This document shows positions 12,080-24,049 of a stretch of DNA of 64,000 nucleotides, piece after piece. The position numbers were made by a program, and so were the translations under genes. The stretch is taken from positions 45,159,431-45,223,430 of the forward strand of contig NC_068993.1 of the NCBI RefSeq assembly GCF_001194135.2, given 5' to 3'. Numbering within the stretch: position 1 is the first letter of the stretch; every line of letters starts with the position of its first letter. Source of the DNA: Octopus bimaculoides. Taxonomy: Eukaryota. Below the pieces are notes generated by a model, which saw only the letters and a list, made by a program, of their open reading frames with translations, made no database searches and had not been told where the DNA came from.

Positions 12080-13326
12080 CATGCATGTGCGTGTGTGTTA
12101 CTGTAAATATTGTTCTCCTCCAGTATTTCTTTACTAGTCCCTTCAATTGTCATTTGAACATAAAATTCAGGATTTGCATCAGGATTTCAAAATCATCGTA
12201 ATTTTCTCTTCTGGATAAGGTCATTTTAGTGTCGTCTTTCTAAAATGTTCATCAGACTTAAAAAATAAGCATACACGGAACACCAAAAATCTTTTCATTG
12301 TAAATATTTGTTCTACATCTCAACTGTTCAATACTTCCACCCTGTTTATGGGCAAAACATGGCTTTGTAGTTAAAAAGTTTATTTTTCAATTGCGTGGCA
12401 TATGTTTCAGTCTCAATGCGCGGTATCCAATGCTTCGTAAACAAAACGTAAGTACTCTCTTGTGTCCTAGGATTCTTAGAGCCGGTTATTCGGTTTCCAT
12501 GGCATCTAACTGACCGAGACAACAACAGTTCCCTAGAACGGGATTCCTGTCCGTTACGAGTTATTCATCGCTGAGTGGACCTGACCAGCGTGAAATGAAG
12601 TGTGTTACACCAGAACACAATGCAACGCCCGATCCTGGAATCGAAACCACGGTCTTGCGATCTTGAGTGCAACAGCTTTACTAGGCCGAATGCTTTCACA
12701 AATGAAGCATGACATATAGAAAACCGCGAAAGCTATCGGAAGGAGCATTGATGTTCCGGGATGGTAGACATATTCCGTCGCTCGGTTTAACGACACCACA
12801 TAGTCCTTGGGCACCCTTCGGCAGAGTCCATTCTTTTGTTAGTATTCTGATATGTTTCCGAGTTTAGAACAATGGAACAATGCCACTGCTTTCTACTAGT
12901 CACGGAAAGCATGAAGGTTATAGCTTCTATCATTCGGTATCTGATTAAGTCAGAAAAAGAAGTAACTAAAACAACAACAACAACAACAACAACAGCAACA
13001 ACCTAAAATCAAATCATCTGATCAACATCCAGGAAAAAAAGAAACTCCTCTACAAACAAAGCAAAGTAGCTTCCCTAGTGAGTGTCTACTCTTCAACAAA
13101 CTGACAGACTGGCCCCTTTGCAGATCGTTCAGCCCAGTGGAAATTCCTTCAAATCTTAAATTACCGTCTTTAAAATATGAATAAATTGGATATTGTAGTC
13201 GAGAGATGCATAATAAGATAGGACGGTCAAGGCTTGATTGTTTTTAAAAGTAGATCTACTCAATCAGGCGCTTATTTTGAGGTTAAAAGATTAAACAACT
13301 ACCACAACAACATGTACACAAAAATA

Positions 13327-13532
13327 ATTCTTTTTAACTTTGGCTCAAGACCAGCAGTTTGAGAAGAGAGGGATTCGATTGTACTGACTCCAGTACTCAA
13401 CAGGTACTTTATTTTACTGACCCCCGAAAGGATGAAAGGCAAAGTGGACTTTGGTAGAATTTGAACTCAGAACAAGAAGAAATGCTGCTAAGCATTTTGT
13501 CCAACGCACTAACGGTTCCACAAGTTCGCCGC
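13327..13532 (-). mobile_element. tRNA-derived SINE family A
   Basis: rc reads GCGGCGAACTTG...AAATGCTTAGC...CTGAGTTCAAATTC...TTTGCCTTTCATCCTTTCGG. Confidence 0.8.
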
Positions 13533-13798
13533 TTTCCGGTGCATACATAGTAGGACAGGATAGTCAAAATTTGACTGTTTTCAAACGTAGATCTACTTGA
13601 TAAAGTGCCAATATTGAGGCTTAACAACAGCCACAAAAAAATGCAACGGCAACACAACAGCAATAATAAAACCCCAAAAACTTGCCAGGGAGAAGAAGAG
13701 GATTCAGCACAGCTTTATAACATTTGAGCATTCACACATTGATTAAAAATTAAAAAAAAAAAAAATGTCGATTAACCGTCTTATCATTTCCATTTCAG

Positions 13799-13943
13799 TG
13801 AGTATTTTGCTGTGGATACCTTTAAGCTTTGGGTGTGTTGAAGAAGCCATGAAGAAATATCTCACTTGTCTTACTCGGACTAATATTACTCAAAATATCA
13901 TGACATCCAACTTGACTGCAGAACACATCGAAGCTATGTGCAG
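13799..13943 (+). CDS. Exon 2; VSILLWIPLSFGCVEEAMKKYLTCLTRTNITQNIMTSNLTAEHIEAMCR
   Basis: Acceptor ttatcatttccatttcag|, donor CAG|GTAATC, phase 1 in and 2 out, open frame, 3 Cys, two N-glycosylation sequons (NIT, NLT). Confidence 0.88.
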
Positions 13944-14030
13944 GTAATCGAAATATAAACTCGCGAGCGCTACATCCAAAACTTTTCCTATGCAACCTTT
14001 TAAATCTTTTAATATCTTATCCTTCACATT

Positions 14031-14245
14031 GGCGGCGAGCTGGCGGAAACGTTAGCACGCCGAGCGAAATGCTTCGCGGTATTTCGTCTGTCTACTTTCT
14101 GAGGTCAAATTCCTCCGAGGTCGACTTTGCCTTTCATCCTTTTGGGGGTTGATAAATTAAGTACTAGTTGCGTATTGGGGGTCGATCTAATCGACTGGCC
14201 CCTCCCCCAAAATTTTAGGCCTTGTACCTAGAGTAGAAAAGAATA
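14031..14245 (+). mobile_element. tRNA-derived SINE family A, full length
   Basis: GGCGGCGAGCTGGCGGAAACGTTAGC head (A box), GAGGTCAAATTCC (B-box-like), GTCGACTTTGCCTTTCATCC body. Confidence 0.88.
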
Positions 14246-14597
14246 TTTTACTTATTTCAGTCATTTACCTGCGGCCATGCTGTGTTATCACCTTGAAGGG
14301 ATTTTTAGTCGAATAAATCGACACCAGGAATTATTTTTTTTTAAGCCAAGTATTTATTCTATAGGCCTCTTTTGCCGAACTGCTAAGTTACGGGGACGTA
14401 AACACAACACCAGTTGTCAAGCAGTGATGAGGGGATAAACACACACAAAAACACACGCATAGGCGCGCGCACACACACACACACACATTCCGAGGCTAAA
14501 GCCGAAGGCATTTGCCCAAAGTGCTATACAGTGGAACTGAACCCGGAACCAGGTGGTTGAGAAGCAAGCTTCTTACCGCACAGCCAAACCTGCGCCT
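14246..14597 (-). mobile_element. SINE family B, tail-to-tail with the family A copy
   Basis: Reverse complement of the 8905 family (CAGTGGAACTGAACC...ACAGCC..ACCTGCGCCT). Confidence 0.82.
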
Positions 14598-14807
14598 AAG
14601 ATTTCGAATAATCCTAAAGCAAAAAAAAAAAAAAAAAANNNNNNNNNNNNNNNNNNNNNNNNNNNNNNNNNNNNNNNNNNNNNNNNNNNNNNNNNNNNNN
14701 NNNNNNNNNNNNNNNNNNNNNNNNNNNNNNNNNNNNNNNNNNNNNNNNNNNNNNNNNNNNNNNNNNNNNNNNNNNNNNNNNNNNNNNNNNNNNNNNNNNN
14801 NNNNNNN

Positions 14808-15269
14808 TTTAGTTGTATGTATTGGAATGTATTGCAAGAAACAGCTTAGTTTCTGTCTCTGACATTTTACATAATTCTTTTCTGCTCTAGGCATAAGGCC
14901 CGACATTTTTGGGGAGGGGGGGCAGTCAATTAGGTCGACCCAGTACACAACTGGTACTTAATTTATCGACCCCGAAAGGATGAAAGGCAAAGTCGACCTC
15001 AGCGGAATTTGAACTCAGAACGTAAAGACAGACGAAATACCGCTAAGCATTTCACCCGGCATGCTAACGTTTTTGCCAGCTCGCTGCCTTTAAATTTTAC
15101 GTAATTCAACGTATACAAGACAATGTGTGAAAAACAAAATAAGAATTTTGAATGAAGTTTTTTTTATAACTAGTTTTTAGACATCGAATGGCTATAGGGA
15201 TCCACCAGAATCAAATTGTAATCAAAGGGGTCCATCGATAAAAAAAAAATAAATGGTTGAGAAACCCTG
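14808..15269. mobile_element. hAT-type MITE, copy 2, with a nested SINE; left end lost in gap
   Basis: Colinear with 7610-7833 and ends ...GGTTGAGAAACCCTG. Confidence 0.8.
14878..15093 (-). mobile_element. SINE family A with a 14-bp TSD
   Basis: TSD ATTTTACATAATTC (14864-14877) and ATTTTACGTAATTC (15094-15107). Confidence 0.9.
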
Positions 15270-16649
15270 CACTAGAGAAAAGAAAGCCATAGTTCTTGGG
15301 TGAAAGCACGGTAGTCTTTGGGTTGCAGTTTAATCGATGTTATATATGAGTGGCTGCTATGAAATGATCATCAAAGATTATGAGGTTAAGGAATGCTCAG
15401 TAGTGAGGAAGTAAAGTAAATGCATTGATAATGATTGGGTTGAATTGACGTACAAATTTGTTGCTTAGTGGAGCAGCAGAGAACATTCTGATAGCAGTAG
15501 AAGAGACAGAGAGACAGATAGCGTTTTGGTTGTAGTTAGTGATAATTTTCAAATGACTAGAAATTCCATTGTTGTAAGCTGTCTAGAATGTTTGTATACG
15601 TAGTTGTATTAGTAACAGCAGAAGTACCTCCAAGAAATGTACGAAATGTGGGTCTTGTTTGAAGTTCGTAAAAGGGTCAGAAATTGTTCAGAAGTATGGA
15701 ATTTTCTGACCCCGATGTCGTAAACTAGCCTTTGAATTGCAACTTAGAGGGAATGCTATGAAAAGATCATGAGAAATTATGAGGTATAGCATTTCTACAA
15801 GGACTGAAGATTTTAGCTGTGGGTTATAGAAGATGTGTAGTCGCAATACTGATTTCTTGATATGCACAACGGTTGCACGGGGTGGATTGCTGTAGTGGAA
15901 TTATATAACTTCGGGCCGGCGAAAGTTTTCTGCATGAAAGCAGACAGAAACGACATAGAAACCCACTGGACAGACTGTACATATACATTGTCTTTGACAA
16001 GACTGGACTTTTTGTGGGATTTGTTTCGACCTTATGCATTCTGAGTTCAAATTCCGCCGAGGTCAGCTTTGCCTCTTATCTTTTCAAGGTCGATAAAAAA
16101 ATACTAATCCAGGCTAGATTGGTGGATCAGATTCCTTGTAGTATTTGTTCTAGCTTTTTACGTTCTGATTTCAAATCCTGCCGTGACGTACATGGGTGGT
16201 AGACTAAAATTTTTGTCTTGTTTAACACCACTACTCGAGATCTTGGGTACCTTTAGCAAAATCAACTTGGTTGCAAGCAATGGAGCCGGGTTTCTGGTCT
16301 GAGAATATCCTCCTCCCTCCTTCTTACTATGAGACCCCGTGAGGGACAATGAACACTACATTCCTTCCTAACTAAAAGATTAGAAAAAAAGGGAGGAAGG
16401 GGAAGTAACTACGATTTTTGTCGTTTAGTCAAAAGCGGAAGAAGAAATACCCATGACCTATTTACGTCCTCTAACATTACTTGAGAAATACAGAAAAGCA
16501 ATGTGTTTTTCTTTCTGTTTTTAAATCTGTCGCAAGTGATTTTTCAGGGTGAGGAGATTTAACTATTATTTCTTGAAGATCGAATGTAGTTATGGTTTGA
16601 AATGAATCTGCCACATCAGATCTAAACGAGGGTATATTTTCGTTTGTAG

Positions 16650-16783
16650 GGAGAAAAAAACACTGTTTCAGTGTATGAGTAAAGTAACCGAGTGTTCAAC
16701 GTATACACGAGAGATGCTTCTCACAGGAATCGACATTAATTCAATGCGTCAGGCTTATGATAAATTGTGCCAACGGAAGGACG
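16650..16783 (+). CDS. Exon 3; EKKTLFQCMSKVTECSTYTREMLLTGIDINSMRQAYDKLCQRKD
   Basis: Acceptor tatttt-cgtttgtag|, donor G|GTAAAT, phase 2 in and 1 out, open frame, 3 Cys. Confidence 0.88.
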
Positions 16784-17619
16784 GTAAATACGCATACATT
16801 TACTTCTCTTCTTTGTATTTGTGTTTTTGTTGTTGTTGTTGTTGTTGTTCTTCTTCTTCTTCTTCTCCTCCTCCTCCTCCTCCTCTTGGTTCTTGTTCCT
16901 CCTTTTTCTCATCATCATCATTGTCGTCATCCTCCTCCTCCTCATCAAAGTACTTTAAAGTGAAGAGGGGTACTCACTTCACGATAAGTACCCATGCGAC
17001 CTTAGCATTTCTGGAATAGCAAATCTCAGCAAAAAATGCTTGATAGAGAAACACTCTACATATCAGATGAAGGTGATGTTTCTTTTAAATTTGAGGTTTA
17101 ATGAACAATAAGGACAACAGAAACAATGAAGTCCTTAAACCCCTACAATGCCCCTAAAAGTACCGATTAAATGTCACTAAATCCTATTTCTGTAGAAGGT
17201 TTTTCACATGTGATCAGGAGCTACTTCAAAGTATCACTACGGCACAACCTGCAACTGAGGCGTGATGCTGTTCCTAAAACAATATTCAATGCCATCCGTA
17301 AAAAAGACTACTCCGGGATAAATATACACACGTACATATCAACAGAGGTGTTATTGGTGAAACATTCCCATCACAACTTTTGTCAAAAAGAATCTTGATA
17401 TAGTTGTTTGGGAGGGAAAACAAAACGCAGATATAGTCATAGATGTCCACTAACTTACAGATGTAATCATCTGTTTCAAATGTATCGAGAAAGATAGTGT
17501 TTACAGATAACCACCTCGAAATAGCTACCTTGACTATACATTCATATCTATAGAGGTAGTTATTGGCAAATTTGGCAATATGAATACATCTTTTCAATGA
17601 TAATCGTGAAAAGTATATA

Positions 17620-18467
17620 CTGTAATAACCTCACTTTACGAGGACCCACTTTACGAGACTCCGGGTTTACGAGTTCTATTTTATAATAAATATAAAAAGG
17701 TTAAACAGCCATTTTGTGTGTACGGTAACGTCGCAATATGTGGCAACACTGATTCTGACGCATCTGCACAGCTGCATGTAGCGACGAAGTAAAATGACGG
17801 CATAAAATTTCAATGTCTTAGTTTGCGCTTGCGCTTCGTTGAGAGAGATTATTATATGTTAATTCTTCGTGCCACATATTTTATATTGAATACGTGTATT
17901 TACACTAGTATTTTCAACATTTTAAAACCCATCCAATATGTCTAAACGAAAGTGTTCAACGGACACCGTCAGGAACAAAAAGAAACGAAAAACCATCACT
18001 TTGGAAACGAAACTTTGAACGAAGTGCAAAAGTTTCTATTACCATAACAAATGTTTCTGCGTGTTACCAAGAAATTTGTAAAAATAGTTTCTTCTCAGCA
18101 AGCAACTCAAGACTTGCTTTTTTAAAAAGAAAGTTACAAGTCCGTCTACGAGTGCTTGTGAATCGGCGGTCGCGTCTACAAGTGATGGCGTACGCGAATC
18201 TAGTGCGAGTTAAAGTGATTCAGAAAACGATTATAATATTTTTAATCATAAATAATCTTGACATTCTTTTTACTTTACATAAAATATTCTTTACATTCTA
18301 CTGCTATTTTATTGCCATTTATTTACGAGTATTATAAATTTTATAGGTAAAATATTTTTCTGCGAACGAATTACTATATATAAGATTGTTACTACGGGAA
18401 ACTTACGAGCTTTCGCTTTACGAGCAGTCTCCGGGAACAAATTAACTCGTATACCGAGGCATTACTG
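17620..18467 (+). mobile_element. Tigger/pogo-like non-autonomous element, 848 bp
   Basis: TA flanks; TIRs C(T)GTAATAACCTCACTTTACGAG and rc CAGTAATGCCTCGGTATACGAG; subterminal TTACGAG repeats; N-terminal remnant MSKRK...KKRKTITLETKL from 17938. Confidence 0.8.
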
Positions 18468-18533
18468 TACATACTTACATGCATACAATATGCACATACA
18501 TACAATATGCACATACATACAATATGCACGTAT

Positions 18534-18921
18534 TTGTTGTTGTTGGCACTCCGTCGCTTGCGACGTCGATGGTTCCAGTTGATCCGATCAGCGGAACAGC
18601 CTGCTCGTGAAATTAACGTGCAAGTGGCTGAGCACTCCACAGACACGTGTACCCTTAACATAGTTCTCGGGGAGATTCAGCGTGACACAGTGCGACAAGG
18701 CTGACGCTTTGAATTACAGGCACAACAGAAACAGGAAGAAAGAGTGAGAGAAAGTTGTGGTGAAAGAGTACAGCAGGGTTCGCCACCATCCCCTGCCGGA
18801 GCCTCGTGAAGCTTTTAGGTGTTTTCGCTCAATAAACACTCACAACGCCCGGTCTGGGAATCGAAACCGCGATCCTATGACCGCGAGTCCTCTGCCCTAA
18901 CCACTGGGGCATTGCGTCTCC
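18534..18921 (-). mobile_element. tRNA-derived SINE family C, full length
   Basis: rc head GGAGACGCAATGCCCCAGTGGTTAGGGCAG, B box GGTTTCGATTCCC, (CAA)n tail; matches the 40890 copy. Confidence 0.9.
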
Positions 18922-19284
18922 ACATGCACGTATATACTTGCGTATCTACATACATGCGATCATATGAGAAGTAAATATGGTCTTCAGAACTTTCTGCATG
19001 CATTAAATCATTGGCTCGCAATGTGTTTGCCGTACCAGTGCTCATATCAACATTTGTGCTACTCCATTGGCTGTTAGATGCAGTCCGGGCTATTGGCATT
19101 GAACTACTAAAATTGTTCATTCATGTCAGAAATTTCCACGTCAGCAGTGATGTAGACTGCTTTTACTTAAAAAAGAAAACAAAGCAGAAGAGGCTAAACA
19201 TCGATTCGAACAGCCTTTGAATATCGCATCATATCCCCTCAACCAACATCTGCAAACTGATCTGGTTTTCCTTTTCTGTTTCAG

Positions 19285-19432
19285 AATTCACCCGTGATCT
19301 TCCTTGCCTAGAAAAATATTCCAGCGCCATGGATAAGTCTTTTGCCGCAGTGGTTGAAGAACGCAGCGATTTAAGACAGAAATTATCCTACTCCGACATC
19401 ACATTTGACGAATACTTCGAGAAATATTGCCC
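19285..19432 (+). CDS. Exon 4; EFTRDLPCLEKYSSAMDKSFAAVVEERSDLRQKLSYSDITFDEYFEKYCP
   Basis: Acceptor ttttccttttctgtttcag|, donor CC|GTACGT, phase 1 in and 2 out, no stop codons in the joined frame; not in the ORF track. Confidence 0.87.
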
Positions 19433-19950
19433 GTACGTAAATAAAATGAAAAAAATGTGAAAAAAAAAAAGGAAAAGTATCATTATCCTACTTCCAAAAC
19501 TTCCACAAATTTCCACCACAACCACCATTACCACCACAACCACCAACACCACCACTGTGACGATGAAGCCGTCGCCGCCGTCCACGATGACGACGTCGAC
19601 GGCCACTATCATCATCATCACCACCAGCACTGCCACATAAATCAATGGGGGAGTCCTCTACGTAGCCATTTCGACAGGGCGGGGGTTATTCGCCAAATTT
19701 CCAAATTACACCCAACCGTCATAGATAAGGTAAAGGACATTAAATAACATAGCCCGACATTCCCTTAGTTTCAAAAGACTGGTGGATGGTCACGACTGAA
19801 ATGCCTTATCAAGGGTCTCTCGGACCACGGCTGAAGGCCCTCATTTGGGGATAAACAACAGCAACTAAATGAGCAAACAAGCTAGATTCTATATGGTCGT
19901 TCGCCTTGCTAGAAATAACAGTCAAATCTTCATCGTATTATAACACTGTA

Positions 19951-20167
19951 CGAGGGGGTGCTGAAAAGTTCCTGGCTTTGGGTAAAAGAAAATGCAAGAG
20001 GATCAGTTAATTATGATTTTATTGAACATATTCCCCTTTCAGATTCACACATTTATTGCAGCGGTCCTTCAGTTTTTCTAAGCCCAGTAAAAGAACTCGG
20101 AAGGTTGGGCTGCCAACCAGGCCTTTCATGATACCCTTAAAGCCAGCAAAATTTCAGCTCCCCCTCG
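19951..20167. mobile_element. 217-bp mariner-type MITE in intron 4
   Basis: TA-CGAGGGGGTGCTGAAAAGTTCCTGGCTTT ... AAAGCCAGCAAAATTTCAGCTCCCCCTCG-TA. Confidence 0.9.
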
Positions 20168-20580
20168 TATTGTTCAGTCATATCTGACGGGGTTCACAAC
20201 CTCTACCACCGCCGCTGTCGTCGCCTCTGCTGTCCCTGGGGTATTTCCTGAAGTAAGTACCTAGCCTTTGTTACACTAACTACCTCTCTACTCATGGATA
20301 AGCCAAGGAGAATACGTTTACAGCATCTATGGAACCGCAGGGGATGGTAGATATTGGTTAAGTACAACCGTACTAATCTGCCTTAGTTGTAAGTATTAAA
20401 AGACAATTTAGCTTCAGTTCTTGTAAGCACGAAGAAAACTGACTTTTACTTCTATCTTCCATTGCTATTTGTTTAACATTAGTCGTTTGTTAGAAGATAC
20501 TGTTTTTTTCTTTTTAAACACGTGTAAATATATAATGTCATGACTTTACGAGAATAAATTTGTTTGTCTTGTATTTGCAG

Positions 20581-20806
20581 AATGTGGAAGAAAGTAATTG
20601 ACAATTTGCCTGAAGTTATCGGATGTCCACAGACGTTCGTTGAACTTTTACAAGACTACTTCTATTCAATGATGCCGGAAAAGTGTAAAGCGATTACAGA
20701 GCAATATCGACCTGAAGACAATGGTTCCTCCAATGTCATCTTTAAGGGAGGACAAACGTACTTTAGCTTCATATTATTTCTTATCTTCGTCTTTGCTACT
20801 GAATAA
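20581..20806 (+). CDS. Exon 5 (last coding); MWKKVIDNLPEVIGCP...KCKAITEQYRPEDNGSSNVIFKGGQTYFSFILFLIFVFATE*
   Basis: Acceptor ttgtcttgtatttgcag|, phase 2 in, TAA at 20804-20806; small-residue NGSS, a spacer and a hydrophobic tail resemble a GPI signal; total CDS 687 nt = 228 aa + stop. Confidence 0.88.
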
Positions 20807-20807
20807 A
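20802..20807 (+). terminator. Candidate polyadenylation signal AATAAA overlapping the stop codon
   Basis: GAATAAAAAC spans the TAA stop; usage not shown. Confidence 0.3.
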
Positions 20808-21099
20808 AACTGACCCTAGTTAACGACTCAATATTTCACTTCAAGATTTATAACTATATTCAAAAGTATTATATCTAATATAATAACATTAACATTGTTT
20901 TTTCCGTTTTTTTCTTTATATAGTTTTTCATAATTAGTTACGTCCTGTGACAGTCTAAGTTCAAATCTGCACCAAAGAGTGCAAAGATTCAGTTTAAAAC
21001 GACTATTTGGACGACTATTTTTGGTGCCTTCTGGTTGTTAAGGGGTGAATAGACAGAATCGTTTGAGCGTTAGACAAAATGCATGGCAATATGTTACGC

Positions 21100-22150
21100 C
21101 TCAACGTTCTGAGTTCAAAACACCATCAAAGTCAACTTTGGGGTATGATAAAATACAGTAACAATCAACTACTGGGGACAATATAATAGACTGATATCCT
21201 CCTCCAAATTTGTGGCCTTGAACCTATTTTAACGACAGTCATTATTATCATTATTACTTCGTCTGTTTACGTTCTGAGTTCAAATCTCACCGAGGTCGAC
21301 TTTGCCTTTCATCCTTTCGGGGTCAATAAAATAAGTTCCAGTTGAGCAGTTGGGGAGGTCAATGTAATCGACTTACCTCATCCCCCGAGTTTGCTGGCCT
21401 TGTGGCAACGCCTGTCTTTACGTTTTGAGTTCAAATTCCACCGAAGTCGACTTTGCTTTTCATCCTTTCGGGGTCAATAAAATAAGTTCCAGTTGAGCAG
21501 TTGGGGAGGTCAATGTAATCGACTTACCTCATCCCCCGAGTTTGCTGGCCTTGTGGCAACGCCTGTCTTTACGTTTTGAGTTCAAATTCCACCGAAGTCG
21601 ACTTTGCTTNNNNNNNNNNNGGTGTCAATGTAATTGACTTACATTTCTCCTGAAATTGCTGGCCTTGTGTCAAAATTTGAAAACCATTACTATTGTTATT
21701 GCTTTACGTCGACGAGCTGGCAGAATCCTTAGCACGCTGAACAAAATGTTTAGCGGCATTTCCTGTCTAAAGTTCTGACTTCAAATTCGGCCGAAATCGA
21801 CTTTGCTGCTCATCCCTTCTAAGTCGATAAAATAAGTACCAGTCAAGCATTGAGGTCGATGTAATATACTAGCCCCGTTCTCCCCCAAATTTCAGGTCTT
21901 GTGCCTATAGTTGAAAGACTTACTATTATTACTAAAAATAAGGCGGTGACGTGGCAGAATCGTTAGCAAGCCGGAAAAAATGCTGAGCGGCATTTTTTTC
22001 CGGTTTTACGTTTTGAGTTCAAATTCCACCGAGGTCGACTTTGCCTTTCATTTTTTTTCATTGTCATTGAAATAAGTACCAGTTGGACACTGGAGTTGAT
22101 ATAATTGACTAGTCCGTTCCGTTTAAATTTCAGGCCTTGTACCTGTAGTA
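21100..22150 (+). mobile_element. Head-to-tail cluster of SINE family A copies, including a 151-bp tandem repeat
   Basis: Core GTCGACTTTGC at 21295, 21446 and 21597 (period 151); further copies begin near 21706 and 21944. Confidence 0.85.
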
Positions 22151-22618
22151 GAAGGACTATTATTGCTACGAATATATGATAAAAATATTTTATAGTTACT
22201 ACTTACGTATACTTTCTTGATATAATTCCAACACTGCAACACTATTACGCATAATGTTAGTTTCTCTTAGATTTTACTAGTCCTAAATCACCACATTAAT
22301 CGATGCCTGTTGATCTCTAATAGGAAAAAAACAAAAATGGCATTCACAATGTTTGATTTACAAATACCTACAAACACACACGCACAAGTACTCACGCTAA
22401 ACTTAACCCTAACTCTACGGCTAACTAGATAAAAAGTACTCAATACATGTTGTACAGTATTTTCATGTGAATCGGGTGAGTGGTTAAACTTCATACACAC
22501 TAAGAGTTTTACGTTCGATGTATCTTTCAGGTGACAAAAAATATGTCGCCTGAAAGAACGCAGCCAGTGTGAATCCTGAATAGCGACGGAAAGCTAGTTT
22601 CTCTCTCTCTCTCGCTCT

Positions 22619-22650
<32 letters not shown>

Positions 22651-22968
22651 AACATATATATATATATATATTAATAATTACTGATATTTTATATTTTATA
22701 TATTATATATGTAAGGCATAATATGTCATATATGTATGNNNNNNNNNNNNNNNNNNNNNNNNNNNNNNNNNNNNNNNNNNNNNNNNNNNNNNNNNNNNNN
22801 NNNNNNNNNNNNNNNNNNNNNNNNNNNNNNNNNNNNNNNNNNNNNNNNNNNNNNNNNNNNNNNNNNNNNNNNNNNNNNNNNNNNNNNNNNNNNNNNNNNN
22901 NNNNNNNNNNNNNNNNNNNNNNNNNNNNNNNNNNNNNNNNNNNNNNNNNNNNNNNNNNNNNNNNNNNN

Positions 22969-23001
<33 letters not shown>

Positions 23002-23204
23002 TATTGATGTACGAAATATTAATGTATATATACACACAATATGTATGTATGTATGTACGTATTCAAGTGAGTGGCAAGTTCAAAAGAAGCTATGTCCGGC
23101 CATAGAGTAAAGAACATAAAAGTAAGTCTGAGAGTGAATAAAATATTTAATCCATAATCGATAGTCCGACAAAATAAATTTTGTCAGACTAACGATTATG
23201 GATT

Positions 23205-23270
<66 letters not shown>

Positions 23271-23435
23271 ATATATCTATACACACACATACATGCATGT
23301 GTGCGTGTGTGTGTTTTTATGTATATTGTTTGTGCGTACACAGATATACACAGTCATTTGTTTAAGATAAACATACAATTTTGGAAAAGTAACTTTAACG
23401 CAAAACTAGACAGTCTTTCCAGTTTATTTATTTTC

Positions 23436-23520
<85 letters not shown>

Positions 23521-24004
23521 ATTCTAGAAATCGTTTTAAAAACGGTTTTAGATTTTGTCAAATTTTACGGTTCAATTCCTTTTTCAGATATTTAAATAGG
23601 GAGTCACGTGCTATTTCCTTTCCTACTTGATCAGTTTTTGCCTCACAAGTTCGTTTTCTTCAGCACCAATATTGACAAGATTTACCGAATTAAATTCCTC
23701 TCATTGAGATCTATTATTCAAGTGCAACCTAAATAATTCAGAAAAAAAAAAGGAAACTATATTGCTTAGAAGTTGCATAAATTTGTTATACTTCCTTTTT
23801 AACTCATTTACTTCTTGGTGTGAAGTTTCGTCTGAAGATGGATTTCATATTTAGCCAGTATTTACCATTCACCACGCATAAATGCCTCACGTTATCAACG
23901 TTCGGTTGAGCAGTGACATCACACAACTCTAGATACAGCAAGTACTCGTGCACTCTTTTAAACTACGAAGAACCACATACTAAATATGTGTGTGTATGTA
24001 GGTA

Positions 24005-24045
<41 letters not shown>

Positions 24046-24049
<4 letters not shown>

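Noticed and set aside
14031-14120. tRNA genes at SINE heads (also 8905, 18850-18921, 40890, 54908)
   Set aside because: A and B boxes run directly into SINE bodies with no complete cloverleaf
16170-16470. Possible TIR pair GACGTACATGGGT and rc GAGGACGTAAATAGGTCATGGGT (Sola-like)
   Set aside because: The left end matches only partially and no TSD is visible
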